The notes under the pieces were generated by a model. It saw only the letters and a program-made list of their open reading frames with translations. It was not told the DNA's origin and ran no database searches. Shown piece by piece: positions 48,011 through 61,980 of a DNA stretch of 64,000 nt (within the stretch, counting starts at the first letter, position 1; each line of letters opens with the position of its first letter). The DNA comes from Squalus acanthias (lineage: Eukaryota): positions 1-64,000 of the forward strand of contig JASTWF010000345.1 in the NCBI GenBank assembly GCA_030390025.1, in the 5' to 3' direction. The position numbers were made by a program, and so were the translations under genes.

Positions 48011-51000
48011 ATCCTTCTCTCCATTCTTGAAAGGAGGTGTTACGTTGGCAACACCTCTCGTCTCTCAGCACAATTAGTGGCCAGAAGCTCTGCTGTCTCC
48101 TCTCTGACAACCTGGGGTATGTGTCATCAGAACCCGGTGACTTATCCTTTTTAAGTTCTGCTAATTTTTTTGGAAAGAATTCCTTGTCCTAATTCTCACT
48201 TTCACCATCCAGATCCATTTAATATCTCTGCACTAATCTCATCCTCCACAACTAGATTCATCCTTTCATTCTTGACTGGTCCTATCCTATCTTTAATGAT
48301 TCTTTTAAAAATTTTCATATGCTTATAAAACACTCACAATTTCCTTTTATATTATCTGCTAGCCTCTTCTTATATTCCTTTTTAATCCTTCTTCAGCTCC
48401 CTACTACACTTTCTATATTCCTCGTAGTTTTCTTTAATATTATTATCTATAGTTTTATTATATGCCTCCTTTTTAAGTTTAAGTTCAGTTTTAATTTATC
48501 CATGGAGCTTTATCATTTGAGGCCTCGTAGGAATGTATCTCATATTTGAAGATTTCCCACTGTCGAACCATTATCCTGTTTGCTAACTTTGCCTTTTTCC
48601 AGTCAGTATCTTTATCTTTGACTGCCCATTATCTTTCTTCTATTTCCAAGCCATTCAATTCAATTACAAGCCGGTTGTGAAAATGTTTTCAGTACACATT
48701 CCCACCGGCAGCTCCATTTACATGGACAAATGCCATTTTGGATTCTGTGAATGTCTGACCCCTTAATGTAATTATGGGAAATATTGTTTTTAATTCCATT
48801 TGTTCTAGGATATCTTCAAAGAAACTTTTGAATTATATTTTGGCTGTATTGCAACAGGAAGTCAGTCAGTCTGAGGCCGTCAGGGGTACAAAACTAATCA
48901 GAAGACTCCGTGACAGTCTATAGCCAAGTAAGAAGTAACAATTATGTCTCAGGGTTAATTTTTTTGCTGAGGGTTAGCGCAGGAGTATAGTGAAGATCGC
49001 CTTTACTGTAAATATACTGCTTGTACTGAGTACTGTTCTTTGATCTGCCTTTTTTCAATTAACTTGTTCAATAGTTTACAGCTGGAGTCTGTAATTATTG
49101 TTCCTAGCAAAGTTGAAATCACATGGCATATTGGAGAAAGCTGGAGAATAGTGATCATGGTTCTCTGTTTGACCCTGGGTCTCACTACATTTAACTGGAT
49201 GTTGGGCAGGTAAAGAAACAATCTGGTTCTTAGGGATGCAAGGTCCGCTTACGGGAGTGGTCAGTGACGCTGAACCCAAGGAAAGTTTGAGCAGGATTCA
49301 ACCTCCGCTACAGACAGTCCCAGCGAGTGGAGACTGGAGCTCCGGCTCTGAACTCTGGCTGATATCCAGCAGAATACTTGTATCTGGTGGGTGTGGGTCC
49401 CCCCACCCTACCCCCATGGTACGGGTTGTGGGAGCCCATATATCCCTTCTGCCGCATAGGACTAACCACCCTACTGGCTAGTATCAAGATGGTTACAGCC
49501 ATGGACAAAGCCTTCATGTATACGAACGCAGCCTGTCAGTTTGTTAATCAGTCTGTGAATCCTTCCACTACTTGCCACTATTCTCCAACGGAAGAACATG
49601 AAGATAGGAAAACAATTGTATCGATGAATTGTTCCAGTACGAGAAGTTATTATTTTAACACCCAATCATAAATATTACAAACTATATAAATAGCCAATAA
49701 TTTAAAAATATTTTTATAATCTGGAATGCACTACCTGAAAGGGTGGTGGAAGCAGATTCAATGGTAAATTTCAACAGGGAATTGGATAAATACTTCAAAA
49801 GGAAAACATTGCAGGACTCTGGGGAAAGAGCAGGGGAGTGGGATTAATTGGATAGCTCTTTCAAAGAGCCGGCACAGGCATGATGGACCAAATGGCCTAA
49901 TTCAGTGCTGCATGATTCTATGATTTATTGCTCTATTTATCTATATAGAGTTTGTAATATATTATTGGTTAATATAACAACTTCTAATACTGGAATAATT
50001 CAGCTATACAAATAAAATGATTTTGTCTATTGTTATCCACCATATCCGATGGATCTGATTGATCCTTAATGGGCTGATCGCTCACTTGGTAATCAGAGAC
50101 CAAGCGAGCCCCTTTCGCCTAGCCATACTCTGACTCTGTAACTAAGCCCCTGACTCCTTCCTCCTTCCCACCTTGGCTCCAGCCTTCTTGCTCTCAGTGA
50201 GGCCTGTTATCAGAGGTTTGGAGCCCGGAGTCTGCCTCTATGATAGGTGAAAGAAAAAGAGTATAAGACTTACAGAAAAAAAAGAGACAGATGTAAAGAG
50301 AGAAAGGGAGAGAGGTATACAGAGTGCCAGAATAAAGAAAGAAAAATAAAGACATGCAGAGAGATAAACAAACAAGGATAAACATTGCAAGGCCCCATGT
50401 TATTGGTGAGACCTCACATGCAGTGGTTGGAGGTCAAGCCTTTGAACTTGCACATCTGATTTTATGAGGTTGTATTTGAAGGATAATAGTGAGTTATCAT
50501 TATTCACGTGCACAGCCTCATTGAAATGTTAAAGTCCAAAACAAAATTTTGGCTCTCTGCAGTTTACGCATTTGGGAAAAGTTTCACTCACCACACAAGT
50601 CTTTCCCATAAAAATTGGGTAGACGGGAATCTCAGGAGCTCACTTGCTGAAGCAGGCTTCTTAAAGAGAGAAGGTTTATTTTTGGAAAAAAAAATTGTTT
50701 TGAGTTGTTTTGTGTTCGCAGGTATCCTTCGCTTCATTTTATTCCATGTATAAGGTGGTTTCTTGGGTCGGCCTGCATTTTTGTTTTCTCCACCCAACAC
50801 TTTTCTTCACTATTCCTGGTTACTCCTAGCTTTGATGTCACACTTTACATGGAGGTTAGGGTACACATTCTTTTGGGAGTTCTTATCATGCTACATAATT
50901 GCGATAAGAAAGAAGAGCTCATTAGGTGCCAACAAATGCAAGTGCATTCATCCCTGAGGCATTTTGGTCAAACCGTCTCTACTCGATAAATTATATTTTG

Positions 51001-51534
51001 AGTCCAGGTAGCTGAGGAGCCTTTTCTGAAGGTTCAGACCACTTTGTGAGAATAGAAACTATTGTGATAGATATATAACTTCGAGTTGACTTGGCTCCCT
51101 TATGAACCCATGACCAAGAAATTGACGCATGCCACGTCTTTTAAGAGCCACTAGCAAAGCAATTGGAGTCACTGATATCACCTGGATATGCAGCATCCTG
51201 GACTTATTCTGGCAGGTTCCTGCGATCTTGTTTGGGGCTGAGCCTCTGGGGGTTGATGACCATATGTAAGTGATCTTTTGGGGCAGGGACCCTGGCACCC
51301 GCCGCCTCTCTGACTCAGCATCACCTACTGCAATTTGTGGCCTTTTCCCTCTGGCAGGCACCCAAGATGAATCCCTCATAGTGCGGGCACCTACCTGGCT
51401 TATTTAAATTAGGTGACATCCCCTGAGGTCACCAAGGGCAGATGCCTGGCATTTATGCGGTGATTAAAGGCCTGTAGATTTTCAGGCCACTGCCTCCAAA
51501 GTATCAGCTACAATATACTAAACATCACTAATTG

Positions 51535-54515
51535 GGAACCAAACTTCATCACAAGGATTGGGAGAGACAGATAGCACTAGAGTAAGAAATAGTACGGTAT
51601 TAGGTGGGGCCAGACTAAGAGAGAACACAAGAAGGTCTAAGATCGATTTACAGTGCATGTGTGTAAACGCACAAAGTGTGGTAAATAAGGTTGATGAGCT
51701 GCAGGCGCAAATAGCCACATGGGAATATGATGTCGTGGCGATAACAGAGACCTGGCTCAAGAAAGGGCAGGATTGGGTACTAAATATTCCTGGATATAAG
51801 GTGTTCAGGAAAGATAGGGAAGGAAAGAAAAGAGGTGGGGTGGCAGTATTGATTATGGAGAATATTACTGTGCTGGAGAGAGAGGATGTCCTGGAGGGGT
51901 CAAGGACAGAATCTATTTGGTTAGAGTTAAGAAACAATAGAAGTGCCATTACAGTACTAGGTGTATTCTATAGGCACCAACTAGTGGGAAGGATACAGAG
52001 GAGAAAATTTGCTGGGAAATTACAGAGAGGTGCAAGGACTATAGATTAGTGATAATGGGAGACTTCAACTATCCTAATGTAGACTGGAATAGTAATAGTG
52101 TAAAGGGCAGAGAGGGGGAAGAATTTCTGAAGTGTGTTCAGGAGAACTTTCTTGACAGTCCGTTTCTGGCCCAAAGAGGAAGGTGGCATTGCTGGATCTG
52201 GTTTTGGGGAATGAGGTGGGTCAAGTGGAGCAAGTGTCACAAAGGATTACATAGGATATACGGCACAGAAACAAGCCATTCGGCCCAACCAGTCCATGCC
52301 GGCGTTTGTGCTCCACTCGAGCCTCCTCCCGTCTTTCCTCATCTAACTCTGTCAGCATAACCCTCTATTCCCTTCTCCCTCATGCTTGTCTAGCCTCCCC
52401 TTAAATGCATCTATACTATTTCCCTCAACTACTCCCTGTGGTAGCGAGTTCCACATTCTCACCACTCTCTGGGGAAAGCAGTTTCTTCTGAATTCCCTAT
52501 TTGATTTCTTGGTGACTATCTTATATTGATGGCCTCTAGTTATGCTCTTCCCCACAAGTGGAAACATTCTCTCTGTATCCACTCTATCAAACCCTTTCAT
52601 AATTTTAAAGACCTCAATTTGGTCCCTCAGCCTTCTTTTTTCAAGCGAAAAGAGAACCAGCCTGTTTACCCTTTTCTGATATGTATACCCTCGCATTTCT
52701 GGTATCATCCTTGTAAATCTTCTCTGTACCCTCGCCAGTGCCTCTATATCCTTTTTATAATATGGCAACCAGAATTGTACGCAGTACTGCAAGTGTGGTC
52801 AGTAGGGGAACTTTTAGGGAACAGTGATCATAGTATCATAAGGTTTAGATTAGCTATGGAAAAGGATAGGGAGCAATCTAGAGTAAAAATACTTAATTGG
52901 AGGAGGGCCAATTTCAGTGGGCTGAGAACGGATCTAGCCCGGGTAAATTGGAATCAAAGATTGGTAGGTAAAACTGTAATTGAACAATGGGCTGCCTTTA
53001 ATGAGGAGATGGTTCGGGTACAGTCGAGGTACATTCCCACGAGGGGGAAAGGTAGGGCAACCAAAGTCAGAGCTCCCTGGATGACGAAAGAGATAGAAAG
53101 ATAAAGCAGAAAAAGGGGGTGTATGACAGATGTCAGGTTGAGAATACAAGTGAGAACCAGGCTGAATATAGAAAGTTCAGAGGGAAAGTGAAAAAGGAAA
53201 TAAGAGGGTCAAAGAGTATGAGAATAGACTGGCAGCTAACATAAAAGGGAATCCAAAAGTCTTCTATAGGCAAATAAATAGTAAATGGGTAGTAACAGGA
53301 GGGGTGGGGCTGATTAGCGACCAAAAAGGAGACCTACGCATGGAGGCAGAGGGCATGGCTGAGGTACTAAATGAGTACTTTGCATCTGTCTTTATCAAGG
53401 AAGAAGATGCTGCCAAAGTCATAGTGAAAGAGGAAGTAGTTGAGATACCAGATGGGATAAAAATTGATAAAGAGGAGGTACTAGAAAGGCTGGTTGTACT
53501 TAAAGTAGATAAATCACCAGGACCGGATGGGATGCATCCTAGGATGCTGAGTGAAGTAAAGGTGGAAACTGCGGAGGTACTGGCCATAATCTTCCAATCC
53601 TCCTTAGATACAGATGTGGTGCCAGAGGACTGGAGAATTGCAAATGTTACACCCTTGTTCAAAAAAGGGTGTAAGGATAAACCCAGCAACTACAGACCAG
53701 TCAGTTTAATCTCGGTAGTGGGGAAGCTTTTAGAAACGATAATCCGGGACAAAGTTAACAGTTACTTGGACAAGTGTGGATTAATTAAGGATAGCCAGCA
53801 CGGATTTGTTAAAGGCAAATCATGTTTAACTAATTGATCGAGTATTTTGATGAGGTTAAAAAAGCATACGGGATCCTGGGCTTCATAAATAGAGGCATAG
53901 AGTACAAAAGCAAGGAAGTTATGATGAACCTTTATAAAACACTGGTTTGGCCTCAACTGGAGTATTGTGTCCAATTCTGGGCACCGCACTTTAGGAAGGA
54001 TGTGAAAGCCTTAGAGAGGGTGCAGAAAAGATTTACAAGAATGGTTCCAGGGATGAGGGACTTCAATTATGTGGATAGACTGGAGAAGCTGGGTTGTTCT
54101 TCATAGAGCAGAGAAGGTTGAGAGGAGATTTGATAGAGGTGTTCAAAATCATGAGGGGTCTAGACAGAGTAGATAGAGAGAAACTGTTCCCATTGGCGGA
54201 AGGGTCGAGAAACAAAGGACACCGATTTAAGGTGAATGGCAGAAGAACCAAAGGCAACATGAGGAAAAACTGTTTTACGCAGTGAGTGGTTAGGATCTGG
54301 AATGCACTGCCTCAGAGGGTGGTGGAGGCAGATTCAATCGTGGCTTTCAAAAGGGAGCTGGATAAGTACCTGAAGGAAAAAAAATTGCAGGGCTACGGGG
54401 AAAGAGTGGGGAAGTGGGACTAGCTGAAGTGCTCTTGCAGAAAGCCGGCACGGGCTCGACGGGCCAAATGGCCTCCTTCTGTGCTGTAACCATTCTATGA
54501 TTCTCTATGATTCTA
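51535..54515 (+). mobile_element. CR1 LINE ORF2 (APE endonuclease to 3' tail) with internal RT deletion and nested opposite-strand CR1 (~52240-52800)
   Basis: NAQSVVNK..AITETWL, MGDFNYP, KSPGPDG, NYRPVSL; TTCTATGA tail. Confidence 0.9.
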
Positions 54516-55457
54516 CAAGGGATTACATCATAGGGTCATTAAAAAATTAGTGCAAGAGGTTATCATGCAGAAACAGAAATTTTATTAATCAAGGCGTTAT
54601 TTGTAAAAAAAACCTCTCTGTCCAGTATCTTTGACATTGTTAAAAGGGTCACAGCTTTTTACGGAAGCAGTACCTATTGAGACTTATGCTCCATTTATTA
54701 GTTCAGTCCCAAAGGCATTGCTTTGAGTTCTGAGCAAAAACAAACTGGATTTAATCGTGTATAGTGTCTCCCGTGAGTCAGTTCATGCACTGGGAGATAC
54801 TAAATTATCTGTCAAAGCATATGGTAGCTTTTAGCTAGCTTAATAGGTATTTAATAGCTGAAATCCATGGAAAATGTACATCAGGTGTTTATATTAGCTA
54901 GCTACAAATCTCCTTTCTTGCATCTCACACAAACCCAGCTGTACAGTGTCATGCAAGTGCTTTTGCAGCAAGTCTGAACCATGTTCTTCTGTTGAATGTT
55001 TTACATGTGACTGATTGACAGTGAGTGCAAAATCATTTTCTTATTCACATATGAATATAAAGAGGATATTATTAGCCTGAGTGCAAGCACAAGAACTGTC
55101 AAAAAGGTGAAAAGGGACCAAAGAAAGACAGCCCAGGATACTGCGCAAGATTTGCTTAAAGAAGTTATGATTATGTGCGCAGAAAATAAAAACCAGACTT
55201 TTAAAAAATTGTTACTGTGGTTCAGCAGCAAAGCGAAAGACAGTTAAATGAGAACAGAGAAAAGCATTTATCAAAGAGTATCATGGCAGGCCTGAAGCTT
55301 TTTGGAATCAAATCTGTGAAGAGAAAAAGTAACATAACAAAAAACTCTTTAACCAATTGGAAGAGTTTGTGTAAATTAGAAAGGGAAAGATTTTAAAGTG
55401 GTTTTAAACTCTTGATCATGGGGAAGCAGCATTGTGGTGTGGGTCTATATGACAGCC

Positions 55458-55981
55458 TCATGGTCAGGGAGCAGTGTGTCCATTAGAACTTGACCGGAGC
55501 AAAGAATAAAATTGTCACAGTGTCAGAAATGTGCCAAAATATTTGAAGAAAACATATTGGCCCGGATTTTCCGATCCCTACGGGTGGGTACGGGCTGTGT
55601 ACACACCCGTAGGGACATCGGAAATGCCAGTTTCAGGCATGCGAAGCGCATGCGCTGAAAACCGGCATTTCCGATCTGTCAAGATCGGACGCCTGCCCTA
55701 GAGAAGGGCCTCTGCGGGTGGAGAGTTCCACTTTCTGCAGAACCTCCGCCTGCTGAGATCCTTTACAAATCTTATGCCTGGTAAAAGCAGGCGTAAGGCC
55801 TGCTTTTACCGGCATTTCCAATGTCCCTACAGGTGTGTACACAGCTCGTACACACCCGTAGGGATCGGAAAATCTGGGCCAATATGTTTTCTTCAAATAT
55901 TTTGGCACATTTCTGACACTGTAACAATTTTATTCTTTGCTCTGGTCAAGTTCTAATGGACACACTGCTCCCTGCCCATGA
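55458..55981. repeat. Large imperfect palindrome (~175-bp arms) including a MITE terminus and its flank
   Basis: 55458-~55633 is the reverse complement of ~55806-55981; TIR-like GGCCCGGATTTT at 55559. Confidence 0.92.
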
Positions 55982-56309
55982 CCAGCATAAGAGTTTAAAA
56001 AAGTAAAAAAAAATGTTTTTTTTCACTCATTTATAATTTTCAAATACTTTTTAAAAAGGTAAGTTTATTTTTAGCCCCGTAACAAACTTTAATTTTTTTT
56101 TAAAAAAAATTAAATATTTTTTTAAAATATTTAATTTAATGTAATTTTAACTAATTTTAAAAACGTGATTTAAAAAAAATAATTATTTAATGTTTTGATG
56201 TATGATATATGAAAAATATCTGCAGGGGGCTATCACTAAGAAAGTGAAATTATATTAATCTAGTCGTGACCTGTGAAGAAATATCTTTGATATCTGAACC
56301 GAAAATATA

Positions 56310-59300
56310 GGCCTAGAAATTGGATTAGGCCCGAAAATGGGCGGAGTCAAGGGTCATCGCCTCTTGGCTGCGCCCGTTGAAAGTGGTGCAGGCAGCACGC
56401 AAAATTTGTGCTGCCTGCTCATTATAATGATTGAAGCGCTGATCTCAGCACTAAACACGCTGCTGATTGACTTAGTGCTCAATGGGGTGGGGGGGGGTGG
56501 GGCGGCCAATATCAGGTGTAGTCTAATAGCCAGTAATGTTTGGCCTAGGCTCTGTGCACTACTTAAAGAGGAGGTGCTTTGTTGCAGCAGCACCTCATTG
56601 TCAGTCTGGCTGAAAACATGGCTCAGCAACCAAGGGAGCGAGCACAAAGGTTCTCAGATGCTGCACTCGAGGCCTTGATGGTGGCCGTTCGAAGAAGGCG
56701 GGCTGTACTATTCCCATTGGGTGGCCGGAAGCCATCCAAGGCCACTTGCAGAAGGCTCTGCGAGGAGCTAGCTCCTCGTCATGGCCACCAGTATGGTTCA
56801 AAGGACGTGGATCCAGTGCCAAAAAAGTTTAATGACCTCACACGGCAGGTCAAGGTGAGTGAAGGATTCAGCAAATGCCATATCCCACCATCTGCACCAC
56901 AAGCCTCGCACACTGCTCAATGCACCACACCCCTATCACTGATTGTTTGTTTTGTGGTGGCTCTCACTTCAGCTTTTTGCCCTGGAGGATGCTGTGATGT
57001 TCCGTGACAGAGGGATGGTAAGATGGGGAAGTGGTGAGCAATGGGAATCTGGGGTCTCATTCACTGGAATCGGAGTCTGATGAGGCGCTCACGGACAGCC
57101 CATCCAGAACGGAGATTTGCTGCCTGCCTCCTCCCTCCTCTTCCTCGTCCTCATCCTCCTCCTCCTCCTGAGGTGGTCCCACAATCCCTGGTGGCAAGGG
57201 CTGTGCTCTCATGATGGCCAAGTTGTGGAGCATGCAGCAGACAATCACAAAATGGGACACCCGCCCCGGCGAGTACTGGAGAGCTCCTCCCAAGAAGTCA
57301 AGGCAGCGGAGCCGTTGCTTGAGCACCCCGATGGTCTGCTCGATAATGTTCCTGATGGCAGCATGGCTCTCATTATATGAGTGCTGGGCAGGAGTGGTGG
57401 GGTTGCAGAGGGGAGTCATGAGCCAGGTGCAGAGCGTATAGCCCTTGTCTCCGAGCAGCCACCCTCAGGTTTGACGTGGTGGCTGGAAGATTTCTGGCAC
57501 ACCAGACTGGCGCAGGATGAAGGCATCATGACTGCTGCCAGGATAGCGGGCAGTGAACATTAGGATGCGCTGGGCGTGATTGCACAACAACTGCACATTA
57601 AGTGAGTGGTAGCCTTTGCGGTTATGGAACATCTCAGGTATACGGTGCCTGCAAAGCCACGTGTGTGCAATCAATGGCGCCCTGCACCATGGGAAAGCCC
57701 GCTATCCTGCCAAAGCCATATGCGCGCTCATTCTTCTTCTCTCTGTTCAGAGAGAAGATTATGTAATCCTTTCTCCTGGAGTAGAGAGCCTTTGTGACCT
57801 CCCGGATGCAGCGATCATATCATAGAATCATAGAAATTTTCAGCACAGAAGGAGGCCATTCGGCCCATCTCATCCGTGCTGGCCGACAAAGAGCTATCCA
57901 CCCTAATCCCACTTTCCAGCTCCTGGTCCGTAGCCTTGTATATGGCACTTCAAGTGCATATCCAAATACTTTTTAAATGTGATGAGGGTTTCTGCTTCTA
58001 CCACCCTTTCAGGCAGTAAGTTCTAGAGCCCCACCACCCTCTGGGTGAGAACATTTCTCCTCAAATCCCCTCTAAACCTCTTACCAATTACTTTAAATCG
58101 ATGCCCCCTGGTTATTGACCCTTCTGCTAAGGGAAATAGGTCCTTCCTATCCACTCTATCTAGGCCCCTCATAATTTTATACACCTCAATTAGGTTTCCC
58201 CTGAGCCTCCCCTGTTCCAAAGAAAACGACCCCAGCCTATTCAATCTTTCCTCATAGCTAAAATTCCCCAGCCCAGGCAACATCCTCGTAAATCTCCTCT
58301 GTACCCTCTCTAGTGCAATCACATCTTTCCTGTAATGTGGTGACCAGAACTGCACGCAGTATTCTAGCTGCGGCCTAACTAGTGTTTTATACAGTTCAAG
58401 CATAACCTCCATGCTTTTATATTCTATGCCTTGGCTAATAAAGGCAAGTATTCCGTATGCCTTCTTAACCACCTTATCTACCTATCCTGTTACCTTCAGG
58501 GATCTGTGGACATGCACTGCAAGGTCCCTCTTATCCTCTGTACTTCTTAGTTTCCTACCATTTATAGTGTATTCCCTTGCCTTATTAGCCCTCCCCAAAT
58601 GCATTACCTCACACTTCTCCGGATTTAATTCCATTTGCCACTGTTCTGCAACCAGACCAGTCCATTGATATCTTCCTGCAGTCTACAGCTTTCTTCTTCA
58701 TTATCAACCACACGGCCAATTTTTGTATCATCTGCAAACTTCTTAATCATACTTCCTACATTCAAGTCCAAATAATTGATATGTACCACAAAAAGCAAAG
58801 GACCCATTACTGAGCCCTGCAGAACCCCACTGGAAACAACCTTCCAGTCACAAAAACAGCCTTCGACCATTACCCTTTGTTTCCTGCCTCTGAGCCAATT
58901 TTGGATCCAACTTGCCACTTTGCCTTGGATTCCATGGGCTTTTACTTTCATGACCAGTCTGCCATGCGGGACCTTATCAAAAGCCTTCCCAAAATCCATA
59001 TAGACTACATCAAATGCACTACCCTCATCGACCCTCCTTGTTATCTCCTCTAAAAATTCAATCAAGTTATTCAGACACGACCTTTCCGTAACAAATCCAT
59101 GCTGACTGTTCCTGATTAATCCGTGCCTTTCTAAATGAAGATTTATCCTGTCCCTCAGAATTTTTTCCAATAATTTTCCCACCACCGAGGTTTAGCTGAC
59201 TGGCCTGTAATTACTCGGTCTATCCCTTTCTCCCTTTTTAAACAACGGTACCACATTAGCAATTCTCCAGTCCTCTGGCACCACACTTGTAGCCAGAGAG

Positions 59301-60740
59301 GATTGGAAAATGATGGTGAGAGCCTCTGCTATTTCCTCTCTTACTTCTCTTAACAGTCTGGGATACATTTCATCTGGGCCTGGGGATTTATTCACTTTCA
59401 AAGATGCTAAACCCCTTAATACTTCCTCTTTCACTATGTTTATTTCATCTAATATTTCACACTCCTCCTCCCTGATTGCAATGTTTGCATCATCCCTCTC
59501 TTTTGTGAAAACAGACGCAAAGTATTCATTAAGAACCATACCCATGTCTTCCGCCTCCACACACAGGTTACCTTTATGGTCCCTAAAGGCCCTACTCTTA
59601 CTTAAGTTATCCTCTTGCTCTTAATGTATTTATAAAACATCTTTGGGTTTTCCTCGATTTTACTTGCCAATATTTTTTCATGCCCTCTCTTTGCTTTCCT
59701 AATTTCCTTTTTAATTTCACTCCTGCACTTTCTATACTCCTCTTGGCTTTCTGCAGTATTGAGCCCTCGGTATCTCTCATAAGCTTCCCTTTTTTCTTTA
59801 TCCTACCCTGTATGCCCCTTGACATCCAGGGAGCTCTAGATTTGTTAGTCCCACCCTTTTTCCTTAAGGGAACACACTTGCGATGGATGGAAAACTGAGA
59901 GATGTTAGCTTTGTCTCCTGCTGCAGACTGGAAGCATTCGGTGGCAAAAAAATTGAGGGCCACAGTGACCTTGAGGTTCCACTGGGAGAGCCGTCATCGC
60001 CCTGCTCTGAGGCTGCAGGTCTGGTTGAAGGAGGTGGCAGAATTCCGTGACCACCTCCTTGGTGAAGCGGAGCCTCCTCATACACTGTTCCTCGCTAGGT
60101 GGGTAAGGCCTCCTGTTGAGAACCATCCTGGTTCTTATCCTCCTCCCTCTGTGGTCATCTTCTCCTCTTCTTCGCTGACCCGGCTCCTTCTCCCAAAGAT
60201 GCTCGAGCACGAGGGGGACTGCAAGTAGAGGGCCCATGACTAAGCAAGTGTTGTGAGCAGAAGCCTTTAAATGAGACTGAAGGCATTCTCCACTTGCACC
60301 AACACTCCCTGTGACCTCAGGAACTTTAAACAAGTTTATAAAGCTGCAAGAGTTGCAGAAGTTGACACGGAGCCAGTCAAACTGAGAAAACATGTCAGCT
60401 GCAAGTTGTTGCTGATGATCCCTTTAAATATCGCTGCTGGAGGCTCCTTCCTGTTGCTGAACGCTTGGTCAGCTGGTTGTCATTAAGAGAGGCCGGTAAG
60501 TGGAGCGGCGACAGCGGAAATTGCAGATCATGCGTCAAGTGAGCGTTGCACACTCATTGACGTCACGACCTGCCTCATTTACATTTCTGCGGCGAATGCA
60601 GGCAACGGCAACGCTGTTGACCTGCCCAAAATGGTGACCACAGCGGGACCCGCCGGAAGCGGGTAGAAGCAAGACAGCCGTAATTTTTTTCTTCAAAACC
60701 GGCCTTAACGGACATTGCTAAGCCCCTGAATTTCTAGGCC
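56310..60740. mobile_element. Harbinger transposon (Myb exon 1 on +, transposase pseudogene on -), interrupted by CR1
   Basis: Perfect 12-bp TIR GGCCTAGAAATT; ATA TSD; RAQRFSDAALEALM..KKFNDL then GTGAGT; transposase remnants ~57060-60237. Confidence 0.9.
57816..59879 (-). mobile_element. CR1 LINE inside the Harbinger transposase
   Basis: RT motifs; TTCTATGA tail; GCGAT repeated at 57811-57815 and 59880-59884. Confidence 0.92.
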
Positions 60741-61539
60741 ATAGTATTATATTAAAGAAATACAGGGGCCGCTTTTTGCCCACTGCCCAGTTTTTGACAT
60801 AAGCGGGATGGTATTGGGACAAAAATAGCGAAAAGAAATCGCTGAGTTCCCACCAGAGGTCTGCTTGTTGTGATTTTCAAGCGGGGCCTTAATTTAGGCA
60901 GCCAGCAATCCCACTGGAAAAAGGTGGGAGCCTAATAATTATATTTAAATTAAGTCCTATGACGCCATTAGGAGCCAAACACCACCTGCCACTGCTGCCT
61001 TCTAAACATGCCTTAAAGCAAGGGTGGTACAGGATGGGAAATGGTCAGTTCCAGTAGTATTTAAAGGGGTACTCATGTTATTTAAATCACTGTAAACATT
61101 TGGCAGACATCTTTCTTGTATTTATCAGTTGCTTTTAGGTGTAGAATCACTGTTTTCTGGCTTGTCGTGGCTGGACAACATTCAGAAAACTTATGGGGAT
61201 ACTGGCAACCCTCTTTTTCTGAAAATGACCATCCTGTTGCCATCCCAATCTGGCTAGAAGAAGAGGAGGAATAGAAACAGCAGCAACAGGTGTAAGGATG
61301 ACATGGAGCTGCTCTCCCTTCTCAATATGCACAGCTACAGGATCAGAGTCATTAGTTAGACCTAGAAAAAGGGCAGCGTGACAGGGGTTAGGACATAATG
61401 GCAAAGTGTAAGCAGTAAGTGGCAATGTAATGCAGCCCCAGGGTGTCATGCCTTGTGTGTGTGAGCTACAGAGTTAAGTGGAATGAGTAAATGAAGAGAA
61501 CATCCCCAAACACTTGTCTGTGCTTTGCCTACAGTCTCG

Positions 61540-61875
61540 GCGTCTCCAACATTCGATCTTTGTAATCTCCTCCAGCCCGACAGCCCAATGAGAACGCTGT
61601 GTTTCTGCAACTCCTCTGCATCTCCCACTCCCTTTGCCCCACCACTGACGACCGTGTCTTCAGCCGTCTAGACTCTAAGCTCTGAAATTCCCTCCCTATA
61701 CCTTTCCATCTGTCTGTCTCTCTCTCCTCCTGTTAGACTCTCCTTAAAATATACCTGTGACCAAGTTTTTAGTTACCCCCTTCTAATATCTCATTGTCAA
61801 TTTTTGTCTGATTTCACTTCTGTTAAACGCCTTGCAACATTTTCCTATGTTAAAGGCGCTCTATAAACGCAGATG
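61540..61875 (+). mobile_element. L2 LINE 3' end
   Basis: Similar to ~40930-41080; tail GTTAAAGGCGCTCTATAAACGCAG. Confidence 0.65.
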
Positions 61876-61980
61876 AAACTTAATGTTGAGAAGTGTGGAG
61901 TGATGCATTTTGGAAGGAAGAATGAGGAGAGGCAATATAAACTAAATGATACCATTTTTAAAAAGGTGCAGAAACAGAGA

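Noticed and set aside
48809..48927. AG...GTAAG-bounded candidate exon
   Set aside because: Stops in all three frames; could only be non-coding, with no supporting evidence
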